Shown piece by piece: positions 12,975-25,400 of a stretch of DNA of 64,000 nt. The stretch's first letter is position 1. Every line of letters begins with the position of its first letter. The translations under genes were made by a program, and so were the position numbers. The notes beneath the pieces were generated by a model that did no database searches, was not told where the DNA came from, and worked only from the letters and a program-made list of their open reading frames with translations. This stretch comes from Chiloscyllium plagiosum (Eukaryota), in assembly GCF_004010195.1 (NCBI RefSeq), contig NC_057752.1, positions 7,154,063 through 7,218,062 on the forward strand, in the 5' to 3' direction.

Positions 12975-13350
12975 AGGAACAAGAGTAGGCCATTCAACCC
13001 GTTGTGCCAATGGCTGATTTGAATACTTCAGTGCTCTTTTACCTACCCCATCCTCATAACCTTGTACACCATTAGTAATCAGAAATCTATCAATCGCTTC
13101 CTTAAACATACTCAAAGACTGAACTTACAGTCCCCTGAGTGGTGAACCTTTGGCATTCTCTACCCATCAAGTAATAAATCATCTCAGACTTAAGCAGCAT
13201 CGCGCTCCCACCCCGCACAAACCAGGGGAAACTTCTTGCCTGCACCTGCCCTCTTTAACCCTTTAAGTATTTTGTAGGTTTCAATAAGATCATCTCTCAT
13301 ACTTTGGAACTCGATTACAAGCCCAATTTGCTCAATTTCTCCATCAAGAC
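12975..13350 (-). mobile_element. CR1 3' end fragment between the two stop codons
   Basis: RDDLIETYKILKGL motif and CR1-type 3' tail. Confidence 0.75.
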
Positions 13351-15573
13351 AACTCACTAAAATAGGTATCACCCAGAGGTTTAAATCAGATTCAAAATTT
13401 AAAGTTACTGTCTTGCTAATGCAATTAATTACCTTATGTAGTTTAAGTTCATGCATGATGGGAAGTAATATAGAACTGTCATTATACCCAGTGATAACTC
13501 TCTCCATTATGATAGCATTTTGTTTTATTGAGAGGGAAAAGTCACAGCTATACAACAAGGATTAGTTTAGAATACTGCTTTATTCATCAACTAAGTTTTA
13601 AACACATGACATATGTCAGGAGAAGACTTGCATTAAGAGGGAACAGCAATTCTACTGCCTGAGATGTAGCCATAATGTATCACCATACCATAGATCGGAA
13701 GATTCAGTCAGGTAAATAATAATCAACTATATTGAAAAACAGTCTGCTGTCTGCATGGTAACCTAAACTTTCAATAATTAGTTTGGATATCCAGCACGTT
13801 ACTGCTGAACTACCAGAATATGCTCAATGAATCTGTGACATGATCCCTTATCTCAACATCAAGTGTGTAGGGGTTAATAACAATAACCATTTACTGTAAC
13901 TACACAATTTGTGGATTTCAATCTATTGTGCAGACTGTGAACAGTTGAAACTTTAATTAATTTCATTTGATTGTTGATTCAGTAGATCTGAATGCTAGCA
14001 CAAAACTCAAAGTGGGAGTAAAATAGCATATGGTACAAATGAATGTTTCAGAATTTACTGTCAGTTCTTAGAAGTCAGTGTTTACCAGCACATGGAAACA
14101 AAGTTACACTTGACTCTATTTTGAAAGATAATGTAGTTTAACATAGGTGCTATTTTTGTTTAAAAATACTCTGCTGTTCTGAGTGCCTCACCTCTCACTC
14201 AATTAGTGTCATTATAGGCATACAATGGGCATAGTTCTAATCATTCACTGTTAAAATGCAGTTAGCAAAGTAATCAAGTTAGGAATTTTGTCTTTGTTAT
14301 ATTTAGTAATTTTAACAGGATGGAAAATAAAATGTACAAATCGAAACTGACATTTACAAATTCTCCTACAGATATTTCCCACTTTATGCTTTATTAGTTT
14401 ACTAGTAATAATACTGGTTGAAATCTGTATGAAGTCATTGTAGTTTTTTTTCAAACCATGGAATGTGAGAGATCAAGGGTGTAATGAGACTTGCAAAATA
14501 TTTTCTAAAGGGTGCATCATCTACATTTAGTGGCACCTCTCTACATTCCTTCCACCATGACATCTAAAACCTATTTTAAAAGGGAATCACCTCAGACATG
14601 CAGAACTGAAAGTGGATTCACTGTTCAGACTTAGGTGAATTTATATTCAGGGAAAAATATAGAAAGAACTTTTGGTGTGACAGACAGAAGCTAGTAGAAG
14701 CTAGTTCAGCAAAGGTACCACTAAAACTTTGGATCAATTCTTCTGTATTCACACTACAAATTTTAACATTAGGTCCAAAGTGATTTCAGGTTCCCACTGA
14801 CACTAAGTTTGCCGGATGACTTCAAAAGGAAGTAGAGACGATTTCCTCTGGCAAATCTGTGTTTCCTATCAGCCAGGCCCTGTCTCTGAATTCAAACTAT
14901 AACTACTGTATCAGTATAAAAGCAAGCCACTTCACTACTGTGCTATAATTATTTTGTGAATATAGCCTGAATGAATGGGAAAAGTTATCTGGCATCCTGT
15001 CAGCATATCATCTCCACAAAATGCAGGTTACAGGCAGTTCACTGCTAAAAACAGTTTCATCCAAATACATAACTTTAATTAGAAAGAAAATTAAGGGTCA
15101 CCATTGTACTCGTTTACAATTAGATGGTGATCTCTAGCACAACGATAACAGCAAAGTTTGAAGGTCTTTGGTCCTTTTGAGTTTTAAGTGTGTGTGCAAT
15201 ATTTAAGGGTTTGAAATGAACACTATAGGTACAAGGCACTTTATTTCCTAACAGTTTGAGATGTATAGTGATTTCTTGAAACTGTTGTGTTCAAAGTAAA
15301 ATTAACTGATTTAATCATGACAAACCAGGCAACAATGCTTAAATAACGTTCTAAAGTATAGCCAAGTGGTGGTCCCTCTTCCAGGAATAACAATTATCGA
15401 CACTATCGATTCAAGAACTTGTGAAAATATGAAAAAGGTTGATCTGAAAACAAAGAGGAAGAGGAAACAATTGCAAGGCAAATCACTGGTGGCACAGACA
15501 AGGTCAATGTAAACCCATTGTGTTTCATCATATCTAGCCATGACGTTGGCATGTTGCTGGACGTCAGAATCTT

Positions 15574-15948
15574 TCAGCAGTTCACAGAGGTTTTGTTTGC
15601 ACTTGATTTTGGCCTACGTTGAGACAGGGCACTGGCAGGAACAGGAGGTAAAGATGACTGGCTGGGGTCAGAAGATACAGCTGTATCATTTGAAGCTGTA
15701 GAACATATTTGACTCTCATCAGTGGCAGAATCACAGGGTGCAGGTTGCGGCTTGTATCGAGTGTTGGAGGTTTGGCTCTTATCAGTGTTAAAACCACGGG
15801 GTGAAGATTGTGGATTGTATCGAATGTCAGAGTAATTTTTTGGTCCATTGCGGTACCGATTCCTATATTCATTTCTTCCAAAGTGGCTTGGGCCATTTAT
15901 CCTATTCTCTCCAGGACGATAACCTGCTCTTCTATTTCCATGGGGAAC
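15574..15948 (-). CDS. SPATS2: SPATS2 last coding exon (VPHGNRRAGYRP...KTSVNC*)
   Basis: Open frame after AG acceptor, phase 0 matching the previous donor; resembles SPATS2 VLPGNRRGGQGYRP and its C-terminal QRKP...VNS. Confidence 0.85.
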   Translation of the reverse strand, partial: VPHGNRRAGYRPGENRINGPSHFGRNEYRNRYRNGPKNYSDIRYNPQSSPRGFNTDKSQTSNTRYKPQPAPCDSATDESQICSTASNDTAVSSDPSQSSLPPVPASALSQRRPKSSANKTSVNC

Positions 15949-16265
15949 CTTTTTAAGGATAGAACAATACAATTAATAGATTCATGTTGCTTTTTGTTTT
16001 AAACAAAATGGCATTTTAAATGCAACCTCTTTTGCTTTTTACATCATATGCAATGTTAATTTTCCCATGGACATTAATAATACCACTTAGCATGAAGTGA
16101 GAGATTGTAGCCTTTCTTGCTTAATGATCTGTACCCAAGAGTATGCCAACAATTTGTCTGTGGTTGAGGAGGGATGGAGAAAAGAGAATGACAAGCATTG
16201 ATAGACTATTAAAAAACAACTGAGGCAAAGGTTTTAGCTCTGGCTAGTCCTGAAACTACTAAACT

Positions 16266-16487
16266 AGAAAGAACTGCGGTTGCTGGAAATCAGAAACATA
16301 AATAGAAGTTGCTGGAAAAGTGCAGGTCTGGCAGCATCTATGTTGAGAAATCAGAGTTAACATTTCAGGTCCAGTGACCCTTCTTCACAACTATTCCGAG
16401 GAAGGGTCACTGGACCCGAAACATTAATTCTAATTTCTCACCACAGATGCTGCCAGACCTGAGCATTTCCAGCAATTTCTGTTTTTA
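16266..16487. mobile_element. Palindromic non-autonomous element with Penelope-terminus-like arms and a hammerhead-like motif on each strand
   Basis: Arms ~16301-16390 and ~16394-16486 are reverse complements; each contains xxGAnGA-A-GGGTC ACTG GACCy-GAAA. Confidence 0.8.
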
Positions 16488-16884
16488 CTGTTCAAGTAAC
16501 TGCTACTTTGTGGATGTGCTTAGAGATCAATAAGAAAAAAAAACGATCAAATTCCAATACAACAATTGCCAATGAGACTAGATGAAACAAGTGTTTTTTT
16601 TTTAAAAACCCAGAGCATTAACCTTATTGTATTGTGATCTATATATCTACACTTGTTATTGCTCACTGCAGACAGTTATGTACTTGCCAAAAGCTATTGT
16701 GAAAGCAAAGGTTGAACAGGTTTCCTGAGCTGATATTTTGTATATCTCAAAAATTTAAACCAAATGCTTTTATTGTTACTACTTTATTGGTCAAAGAGAC
16801 AGGTTTTAAGGAGCATGGTAAAGACAAGCAGAAAGATATAGGGAGGGAATTCCTGAATTTGCAGCCCAGACAATTGAAGATGTG

Positions 16885-17308
16885 TTCTACACCACGGTAT
16901 CATTCAAGATCGGAGACCGTTAGAGTGGTGAACTCGGCCCCGACAATCACAAAGGTCAACCTCCCATCTATAGAATCCACCTACCAGGCCCACTCTCAAG
17001 GAAAGGCCAACAGCATTCTCAAAGATCCATCCCACCCTGGCAACGTTTTCTACAACCTCTACCATGGGGGAGAAGGTACAGAAGCCTGAACACACACACC
17101 AGCCAGTTTAGAAACAGTTTCTACCCTATTGTTGTTAGAATACTGAATGGACTCTCAAACACAAAAAATTTGCCTATACCTGTGTTTTTTTTTGTTTTTG
17201 CTACTGTTTACCTATTATTCTATTATTTACTTATCTATGCTACTTAACCCTGATCTGGCCATATTGCTTGCAAGACAAACCTTTTCACTGTGCCAATAAA
17301 TTCAATAC
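16885..17308 (+). mobile_element. Rex1/Babar-like LINE 3' fragment
   Basis: RVVNSA..IT...LPSIE...KANSILKDPSHPG motif; tail cttttcactgt..aataaattcaat. Confidence 0.65.
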
Positions 17309-17891
17309 ATGTGGTGGCCTGAATTAGACAGCAATGGAAGGATTTGAAACCAAGAGTATGAATTTTAAAATGTGGATGATGCTTGACTGAGAGTGAAGTG
17401 ATAGAGGAACAGGACTTAACTTGCACTAAAATGGGCTGGTAGAGTCCAGCGATGTTATGGAGGTAAGAATCGGCTGTATTAAGGTTGGCATGAATAAGAT
17501 TAGATGGTCATCTTGGTCATCAAATTAATTTCTGATTGTAGCCTGGAGAGGGATAGTGGCAGTAGGGATGGAGTAGGAATCAAAAATGATCGCTTTAATC
17601 TCTGCAATACTACTAAGTACCTTCCTCAAACTCTAAATCTATCACTAAGAAGCCCACAAGCATTATCCGATTGATTCCCCTTCTGTTTCTCTCTCATGAC
17701 AATTCAAAACTGAAATCACCCAATCAAGACCTGATAACTTTACACCAATGTCTAGTAATTTTGGCACAACACAATTCTGAGTGAATTTTAATCACAATAT
17801 AGTAATCAAAACAAGAACAGAATTACTTGGGTTACAACCTATATTCTTTGTTGAGGAAAATATCAAGAAAGAGAACATTAGCAGTTCATAC

Positions 17892-18097
17892 CAGTCGATT
17901 TGACGAGCAAGTTTGGTTTGCAGAGTTGGCTGAAGCAATGGAAATGTCTCCAGAACATGGACTATTCTTCACCGACTTAGTAAGGCTGAGGTCTGAAGTA
18001 CAGTTGGGAGCTGAAATATCACTCCGACTCGTCACTGATACTGACGAGACAGAACTACACCTTGACCTGGCAGAGTAATTGTTCTTGGGATGAGACA
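17892..18097 (-). CDS. SPATS2: SPATS2 coding exon (VSHPKNNYSARSRCSSVSSVS...SNRL)
   Basis: tag|TG acceptor and CTG|gtatga donor, 206 nt. The SRCSSV motif fits SPATS2 rather than SPATS2L. Confidence 0.93.
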
Positions 18098-18477
18098 CTA
18101 TATGAAAGAGAGAAAGAAAAAAAAACTTAAGATAATGCAAATTAAGATAAGATTACTTTGGAATATCCTTTAGAGGGTTGCAATTCACAAACCACAGCCA
18201 AATAAAATGGGGCAGAGGTAAAAGGCATTCGAATGTCAGAGAGACAAGCAGCATTGCATGCTGAGGAGGAAAAGTTTAGACAAAAAAAAACTACATTATT
18301 AGATCAGTAAGTAATACTTAATGTTGATGCTTATGCTGACATCAGCTTTTGTAGAGTTTGTGCATATTATCAATTGTTAATATATGTGTATTAAAGAAAA
18401 CATGAAATTGATGCTTCTGCCTGACCATCTCTTCCAGTCCCCCAAGAATGCTTCGTAAGTTAGGCAGGTGAACCAGA

Positions 18478-18900
18478 AAAACTTGCCTTTATATTGCGAT
18501 CCCAGGATGTTCCAAAGCACATGCCATCCAATTGATTGCTGTGCGTTGCAGTTGTGTGGGCGACTGTTTAATGCGCAGCATGAGACTTAAAGACAGACTA
18601 ATTGTTTTTCTTCGTATCTGAGGTAGGAATGCTTTTCGGCACACCAGGACTTACTACTCTTCTTAAAAAAGCATCATAGCACTTTTTATATCTATCTCAA
18701 GCAGGCCGGTGGAGTGTCAGTTTACTTTCTGATTGTATTTTTGATGGTGTCCAACGGTCAAACACGATCCTGGTAAGGCATTGATATATTAGCTTACATT
18801 ATGTACTCAGTCCTAAACTAAGGATGAATTGACAACCTTTTTTTATTTTTACTTTAAAGATAAGAGCTACCAGTAAACTGGAATGAAATTTGAACTTAAA
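18478..18900 (-). mobile_element. Ancient Deu-domain SINE (SacSINE1/AmnSINE1-like), heavily decayed
   Basis: Begins aacttgcctttatat and is colinear with 25668-26000; family assignment is from recall. Confidence 0.55.
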
Positions 18901-20464
18901 GATGCCTACTGAGATAATTTAAGCTTGTCATAAGGAATCAAGAACATTAACAATTTGGAATTCTGTCTGTGTTTGATCTGCTTTCTCAATGTTGCTACAG
19001 ATTGATTTTTCCTGATGCAAGACGGTGGTACTTCAAGGCTTCTACTATACAACAACGGTTTTGTGTTGCATTTGCAGAGTGGGAATCTTAAAATGTTTAG
19101 ATACTGGATCAAATCTAATTGAGAACAGAAGTGTATGAAGACTTCATGTGAAAGTACTGACAATGAGATACATTAAATTGAGATTCATTAAAATTTTCCT
19201 TTGCTTTTTTTCTTTTTTTTCAACTCACTATAATGTTGAGTTAATTAAGTCAGCTAACAAAGTAGATGGAAGTAATTTATGAAAGTCTCTTGCAGTGTGG
19301 TAAAATGTCCAGGGATCCTTACATTCTAAGTAGAAAACTCATGCTATTGAAGTACCTATGAAATATGCATCAACAATTTGTTGGGTTCTGTTCACTGGCC
19401 CACAAAAATCACTGAGCATCCTGTTCTTCTCATTTGCTCCAGGATGTTGCGCAAGTCTTTTCTGCGCACCCGCGGAATTTCTGCGCAGCTATGCGATCGA
19501 ATGCTTTACTCTGCTGGCTCGCAATGAGATTACACCCAGCGACATGTAATTACTTTAAACCTTTAGAAGGAGATATGTTGCAAGTTTCTGTATTTGACGG
19601 AGTATATGATGTGTCGAATGAATGCAGAATTAGGGGTCAAAAGAGGAAAATGGTCTTTGGTCCTGGACAGTAATACCAGGAACCACATTTGGTATTAGCA
19701 TCGAAGCTGAATTGCTCCAGGAAATAATCATATATCTTCAGTGCTCATGTTCTCCTTCAGAAACAAACATTCAAATCTTCCATTCCAATCAATGCACTTC
19801 TGTCTCCCTCAGATTTTCCTTGCAATATAACTACTGCATCCAATTGCTGGTTATGACAAACTCATATCCTGCTGCATTCCCGGTGTGATGACTTACCAGA
19901 TTGTGTAAGTCATAGGTTCCTGTATATATTAAAGTATCACAGACATAATTGGTAATGCTGCAGTATACTTCCAAGGTAGCAATTTAATTAAGACTGAACT
20001 TGGCAGGTGGCAATCTATGCAGATAGTTAATCAGCAACAGGCCACAAGCAAGTTGAAGCTGAAGGATGAAGGCTGACAGTTGCCAAAAGAATCTGGCTAC
20101 AAAATTATCTTCAGCACATACAAGTTTAGCTGAAACATTAGGTTACTGTATGCTGACTTGTCACAAAATTCAACAACAGGCACTTCACACTGACTAAATG
20201 CAGTCTCTTTTAGATTTAAGGATTACAAATAACCTAGCATTTTATACTGAAAACATGAGCTTAACTACACATTCATTGCCCCTTAATCAAAACAGCTGGC
20301 CTATACTCTCATTCTGAAGCTACATAAATCGATGCATACGATTCAAGTAACACAGTCCAGTTTGTGCTGCAGTCTCTATTTTAGAAATGCTCAGTGCCCC
20401 ACCTCCAAGGATGACTTACAGGTCACTTTTCTATTAAATGTTAGATGACCAGGCCTCAGCTTAC

Positions 20465-20567
20465 CTTGTCCAAAGGCTTGGATACTCGCTTTAAGTTCTT
20501 CCACATCACAGGTGAACTGTGCACATCGCCCCAGGTCTTCATCATATTTTCGTTCACTAACAAAGTG
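20465..20567 (-). CDS. SPATS2: SPATS2 coding exon (HFVSERKYDEDLGRCAQFTCDVEELKASIQAFGQ)
   Basis: ttttag| acceptor and |gtaag donor, 103 nt; conserved SPATS2-family motif HFVSERKYDEDLG. Confidence 0.96.
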
Positions 20568-21056
20568 CTAAAATACATTTAAAAAAATAACTAGCAGATG
20601 AAGTCCAGGTATGGTAGTTTAGCTTTTTAAATTATACAATAATCATGATTCCTAGTTATGCAACTGGCAGTTGGGATTCAGACTGCTGTACGATTTGTGA
20701 GAATTATTATAACAGTCACTATTGTGCATTGTGTATCTATCAATCAAATATAATTGGGACTGCTCTGATTAAGTCAACAGAACATGTAAATCTAAAAACA
20801 ATTATTATCCAACATTAATTCTCAGTGACTGTTTAAATCAAGTGAACTCAAGTTTATATTGTGTACATGACAGTCACTTTCTGTATGACATACCTGAAAT
20901 ACTACCATAGGATAAACAGTTCTCAAATTCTGATCACATTCACCCAGAATTCCACTTTTTGCCATTTTAGTGGCACAGATTTGTTCTCAAACAGGTTAAT
21001 GTTGGGCATCCCAAAGCAGAACTTCAAGGCAAAGTATTAAGACTAAAAGGTTATGA

Positions 21057-21243
21057 CAGGTTGTTCTGCTATAACACACATTTCGTCAGCACAAATTGGC
21101 TAGAACACAATTGATGAATTGTGGACATTGTTTGAATAATGCAAATTTTCTGCTGAATGGGTATAGCAATCTTCTACAGCGTGATTTTCTATAGCGCAAG
21201 GTCACAGAGGACCATAACTGTTGCGTTATAGCAGAATGACCTG
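21057..21243. mobile_element. Tc1/mariner (Tigger-like) MITE, 187 bp
   Basis: TIRs CAGGTTGTTCTGCTATAAC and GTTATAGCAGAATGACCTG (2 mismatches); TA on the right flank. Confidence 0.8.
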
Positions 21244-21759
21244 TATTATGGTATTAAAATGAAATTTAACAAAAATTTTAAATTGCATCCTTGAACTCCT
21301 CTCATCAAATGGTTCAGTGTTTAAGTGAAGATACCATCCATAGTCTTGAACCTTACTCCCCGAAATATACAATACTCTCTTCCAAGCATGAAAACAAAAA
21401 ACACTATGTTATTAGCAGAAAATATCCTGGCTAATGAGCCCAAAATAGAAGCTCAATCTTTTGTAACCAGATGATAGGAAGGAATTAAAGAAAAGAACAC
21501 ACATCTCTTCAGGAGCTGTTTTTCTCCTGCAAGAATTCTATGTGGAATTAATTTGGGTTGTCTTGGCTTTGTTCCTCGATGGGAAACAGCTCACACTCCA
21601 TCAGAGTAGAAATAGTCACCTAACATTGGAACTGAGGGAAAATCATTGAATCAGAGAGAAATGTTTTTCAGACAAGATCATACTTGAATTACACTTTAAA
21701 TGGACTTCCTGATTCAGAATAAAAGTGGAAAGATATTCAGTTCCACAACACTAATATTG

Positions 21760-22215
21760 TGCACCACATTACTGGCCTAGCAATCCAGAGGCAGAGTTTA
21801 ATGATCCAGAGATAACAACAAAGTGCAGGAAACACGGAGACCAAGCACCATTTGTGGACAGAAAAACAGTCAACATTTCATGTCAATGGCCTTTAATCAG
21901 AAGTGATGATTGAAGGGTTAAGGTTAGGGTTAGCTGAACCTGAAATATTGACTCTGTCTCTTTCCACAGATGCTGCTTTTCTTTTAAAAACATCTCACAT
22001 TTGAAGTATCTGCAATATTTTGCTTTTATAATAACCCAAAGATAGGACTTCAAATCCCACCATTGCAAATAGGAAATTTAAACTCACTGAATCAAATAAA
22101 TGTAGAATAAGAAAACTTGTCTAAGTAAATGGTAATCACAAAACTACCATATTGTCATGAAAAATTAATCATGAATGTCCTTTAGGGAAGGAAATCTGCC
22201 TTCCTTGTCTGGCCT
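21760..22215 (+). mobile_element. SINE fragment interrupted by a degenerate palindromic Penelope-type element (~21826-22030)
   Basis: tgtcctttagggaaggaaatctgcc core is shared with ~4950-5115 and ~59920-60140; the insert resembles 16266-16487. Confidence 0.6.
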
Positions 22216-22419
22216 CACAGGACGTTTAAAAAGTGTGCGAACTAGTTTAAAATTAATATACATGATATAAACAAACTGTAAACAACATGAAAGCATAATT
22301 CAAAGTTCTTTTTAATAATTTTTCTAAAATGTTTCATCTTCAATGCTGAAACGGACTGTTCATTTTTAATGCTATCACTATTTTCAGTGTGTTAAGACTA
22401 GCAGAACTGAAGTTTATAA

Positions 22420-25400
22420 CATGGTATGGGAGCCGCCTCATATGCAGGAGCCCACATCCTGTGCACAAGATGAAGCTGAAACATTTGGGGCCATCTTCAG
22501 CCAGAAGTGCTGAGTGCACGATCCATCTTGGTCCCACCCGAGGACCCCAGCACCACAGATGCCACTTTTCTGTCATTCGATTCACTCCACGTGATACCAA
22601 GAAACAGATTAAAGCGCTGTATAAAGCAAAGGCCATGGGTCCCAGCAACATACCAGCGGTAGAACTGAAGACCTGTGCTCTTGAGCTAGCTCTGCCTCTG
22701 TGAGGCCCCATCCGAACTGTTCCAGAGCAGCTACAACACTGGCATCTACCTGACAATGTGGAAAATTGGCCATGAAGTATAAAGAATCTAATCCAGACAA
22801 TTGACACATCAGATTAATTTTAATCATCAGCAAAGTTATGGACAATGCTGTGAAGTGACACACACGCTCAGGGTTTTTGTGGTGCAGTGGTAGTGTCCCC
22901 ATCTCCAGACCAGATTGGCTAGATTCAAGTCCCACCTGCTCCAGAGGGGTGTAATAATATCTCTGAACAGGGTGATTAGAAAATATCAACAAATGCTCAG
23001 TTTGAATTCCATTAGGACTACTAAGTGCCAGACATCAGGTGAAAGTGATTGCCCTCGATAGCATTTGACTGATAGTGGTGTCAAGGAGCCCTAACAAAAC
23101 TAAGTCAATGGGAGCCAAGGAGAAAACTTGCCAATGATTGAATCCATACTTCGTATTGTGCAAAGAACGATCATAGAATGGTTACAACATAGAAGAAAGC
23201 CATTCAGCCCATTGAGCCTGTGCTGGCCTTTGTGGGAACAACTCAGCTTCAACACTCTTCCATTTCTCTACAATCAGAGATCATAGCGCAAAAAAAAGGC
23301 CCTTGAGCCCATTGCAACCGGATGGGTCAAAATCAACCTAACTATTCAAATCCCATTTTCCCAGCACTTGGCCTATAGCCTTATCTGCTTTGGTATCACA
23401 AGTGCACATCTAAACATTTCTTACATATTGAGGGCTTCTGCCACAACCACCCTTATGGGCAGTGAGTTCCAGATTCCCACCAGCTTCTGGGTGAAAAAGA
23501 AATCCGCACATCCCCTCAACTTCTTGCCTTCATAAATTTTATCCATCTCAACCAAGCCCTCACTCAACCTCCTCTGCTCTAAGGAAAACAAACCGAGTCT
23601 GTCCAATCTCTCTTCATAACTGAAACTCTCCAGCCCATGCAACATTCTGGTAAATCTACCCTGCCCCTCTCCGGTACCATTCAATCCCTCCTATCATTGG
23701 GTTCCAGAACTGCACATACTCTAGCTGTGGCCTAAACAACATTTGTATATAGTTCTGGCATAACCTCCCCCTGCTTAAACTCTATGCCTTGACTGATAAA
23801 AGCAAGATTATCATTTGCCTTCTTCATCACTTTATCTACCTGTCCCACTACCTCAAGGGACTGGTGGACACAAGTACCAAGATCCCTCTGATCTTTGGTA
23901 CTTCCCAGGGTCCAAATATTCATTGTGTACTCCCTTGCTTTGTTAGTTCTGCCCAGGTGCATCACCTCACACTTATCTGGATTGAATTCCATTTGCCACT
24001 GATCAGTCCATCTATATCCTCCTGTAATCTAAGGCTATCCTCCTCAATTATTACCACCCCATCAATATTTGTGTCATTTGAAAAACTCCCTGATCAAACC
24101 CCCTGCACTCAAGTCCTAATCGTTTACGTTTACCACAAACAGCAAGGTCCCAGCACTGACATCTGTTATACCCATCTAAACACAAGCTTCCAGTCACAAA
24201 AACACTCCTCAACCATTACCCTCTGCTTCCTGCTGCTCAGCCAATCATGGATCCAATTTGCTAAATTTCTCTAGAACTCACTGGCTCTTACTTTTGCTTT
24301 CAGTTTCCAATGTGGAACATTTCCAAAAATCTCGCTGAAGCCCTGCAAATCTTCTCTCTTCAGGTAACAATCCAATTCTCATTCAAAAGCAATAAATGAA
24401 TCTGTCTCCACCACGCCTTCAGGCAGATCCTGTTATAAGGAAGATTTTCAAGTTATTGTTGGTTTTGTCCACCACCTTAAATTGGTGTCCTCTGGTTCAG
24501 ACTGCTGTGCAGACCGCTCATGAGTTTAAACAGCTTGATCAAATTTCTCAGCTTCAGCTTCTCCAATCTATTCATGTAACTGAAGTCTATCATCCCTAGA
24601 ACCATTCTGGTTGTAGTTATAAAGTCAGAGTCTTGGAGGCCAATCATTTTAGCTCTAGACCATTGCGACAGGAGGTCCTCAGAGGAATGTCTTTGACCAG
24701 TGTCAACTAACTCAATAATGACCTCTCTTCCATTTGAAGTTTGGAAGTGGGGTAAGTTCATTGATGATTGCAGTGTTCTATTCAATGCACAATTCTTTGG
24801 ATAATGAAGTAATTGATGTCGGTATGCAGCAAGTCCTGGATGTTATTTAGACTTGGGTAACAAGCAACAAATAACATTTACAGTACACGGATGGCAGGCT
24901 ATAATCACCTCTAATGAGCAAGTCTAACCATCTCTCTTTGACATTACTCACATCAAATCCCCACCATCAAAATCAGGGGGCTCAGTTGGCCATAAACTTA
25001 ACTGGATCAGCTACATAAGTGCTATGGTTACAAGAGCAAGTCTGAAACTAAGAATTCCGCAGTGAACAACTCACCCCCTGACACCCTAAAAACTGCCTGC
25101 CATCTTCAAGGTACAAATGAAGATTGTGAATGAATGTTCTCCACTGGCGTATATGAATAAAGCTCCAACAACACTCAAAAAACTTGATCGAGGGCAAAGC
25201 AGTTTACCTGATTAGCATCACTTTAAAACATTCATTCCCTGTCCACTGGTGCATCATGTCTGCAATATGTATCATAGGCAAGATACAGTGCAGCAACTGG
25301 CTAGGCCTCCTTTGACAGCATTTTTCAAACCTGCAACCTCTACCACCTAGAAAGAGGAACAAGGGCAGCAGGCAAATGGGAAGACCACCACTCGCAAGTC

